From Chiloscyllium plagiosum (lineage: Eukaryota): a DNA stretch of 64,000 nucleotides. A program made the translations under genes and the position numbers. The DNA lies in contig NC_057717.1 of NCBI RefSeq assembly GCF_004010195.1, positions 102,355,002 to 102,419,001 on the forward strand, given 5' to 3'. Below, piece by piece: positions 62,965-64,000 of this stretch; position 1 is the first letter of the stretch, and each line of letters starts with the position of its first letter. The notes beneath the pieces are model-generated. The model was not told the DNA's origin, did no database searches, and saw only the letters and a program-made list of their open reading frames with translations.

Positions 62965-63950
62965 GAATTGAATTGAATTGGATTTATTGTCACGTGTACC
63001 GAGGCACAGTGAAAAGCTTTGTCTTGCGAGCAATACAGGCAGATCACAGAGTTAAGTAGCATAGATAAATAAATAATAGGTAAACAGCAGCAAAAACAAA
63101 AACACAGGTACGGGTGAATATTAAAGATTTGTGAGTCCATTCAGTATTCTAACGACAGTAGGGTAGAAACTGTTATGAAACCGGCTGATGTGTGTGTTCA
63201 GGCTTCTGTACCTTCTCCCCGATGGTAGAGGTTGTAGAAAAGCATTACCAGGGTGGGATGGATCTTTGAGAATGCTGGCAACCTTCCCTTGACAGCGGGC
63301 CTGGTAGATGGATTCTATAGATGGGAGGTTGGCCTTTGTGATTGTCCAGGCCATGTTCACCACTCTCTGTAACCATCCCCGATCTTGAATGGTACAGTTG
63401 CCATACCAGGTAGTGATACATCCAGCAGAATGCCCTCAATGGTGTACCTATAGAAGTCCTGGAGAAGGGCTAATGCCCGAAACGTCGATTCTCCTGTTCC
63501 CTAGATGCTGCCTGACCTGCTGCGCTTCTCCAGCAACACATTTCCATACCTATAGAAGTCAGCAAGGGTATTCGCCATCATGTCAAATTTCCTCAGCTGC
63601 CTGAGGAAGAAGAGATATCGTTGGGCCTTTGTAACCAGTGCGTCCACATGAAGAGTCCAAGAAAGCTTGTTGTGGATGGTCACTCCCTGAAGCTTGACAC
63701 TATCCACTCGTTCCACCTCTGTGCTGTTAATGTGTCGGGGCGCATGAGTAACATCCTGCTGAAAGTCAATAATGAGTTCCTTGGTTTTGAGAGCGAGGTT
63801 GTTCTCAGTGCACCATTTTTCCAGGTCTTCCACCTCCTGTCTGTTGTCTGTTTCATTGCCATCTGAGATTCAAGCAACTATGGCGTTGTCACAACAAACC
63901 TGTAAATGGCATTAATCTAGAATTTGGTGACACAGTCATGGGCTGAGTAC
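62965..63950 (-). mobile_element. Rex1/Babar-type LINE 3' part with (TTCAA)n tail
   Basis: WCTENNLALKTKELIIDF, VERVDSVK, LFFLRQLRKF, ILKDPSHPG...LPSGRRYRS...NSFYP; GAATTGAATTGAATT at ~62965. Confidence 0.88.
63459..63546 (+). mobile_element. 88-bp Penelope-derived insert with perfect 14-bp TSD TACCTATAGAAGTC inside Rex1
   Basis: TSD at 63445-63458 and 63547-63560; begins with a mutated hammerhead core CTGGAGA...GAAACGTC. Confidence 0.85.
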
Positions 63951-64000
63951 ACAGCCATGGGGGGCTCCATTGTTGCAGATAATATGCAAACTCTACATAA

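Overview
This is a eukaryotic window. The repeat content (HE1-like V-SINEs, HER1/CR1 LINEs, Penelope-like elements, Rex1) points to a cartilaginous fish, probably a shark; that is inference. I can support one protein-coding gene: an intact 8-exon type I keratin on the + strand, CDS join(28593-29027, 30593-30675, 31821-31977, 32603-32764, 34297-34422, 36841-37061, 38452-38513, 41759-41784), 423 aa. It has a CCAAT/GC/TATA promoter and a downstream AATAAA. Most of the rest is transposon debris: many CR1 fragments, about 15 V-SINEs, a second tRNA-SINE family, a Rex1 LINE, a decayed Gypsy pol, LTR remnants and three assembly gaps. Most notable observations: (1) many short Penelope-derived insertions carry minimal hammerhead-ribozyme motifs, are often fold-back, and have 9-14 bp target-site duplications; one intact core lies on the sense strand of keratin intron 6; (2) a local duplication (offset ~7.35 kb) has a ~530 bp non-repeat core ~99% identical while its flanks are much more diverged; (3) a SINE has its internal 52-bp unit expanded to ~13.5 copies. 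Penelope hammerheads are a known class. I found no convincing wholly new system. Repeat boundaries were read by eye and are approximate unless a TSD is quoted.
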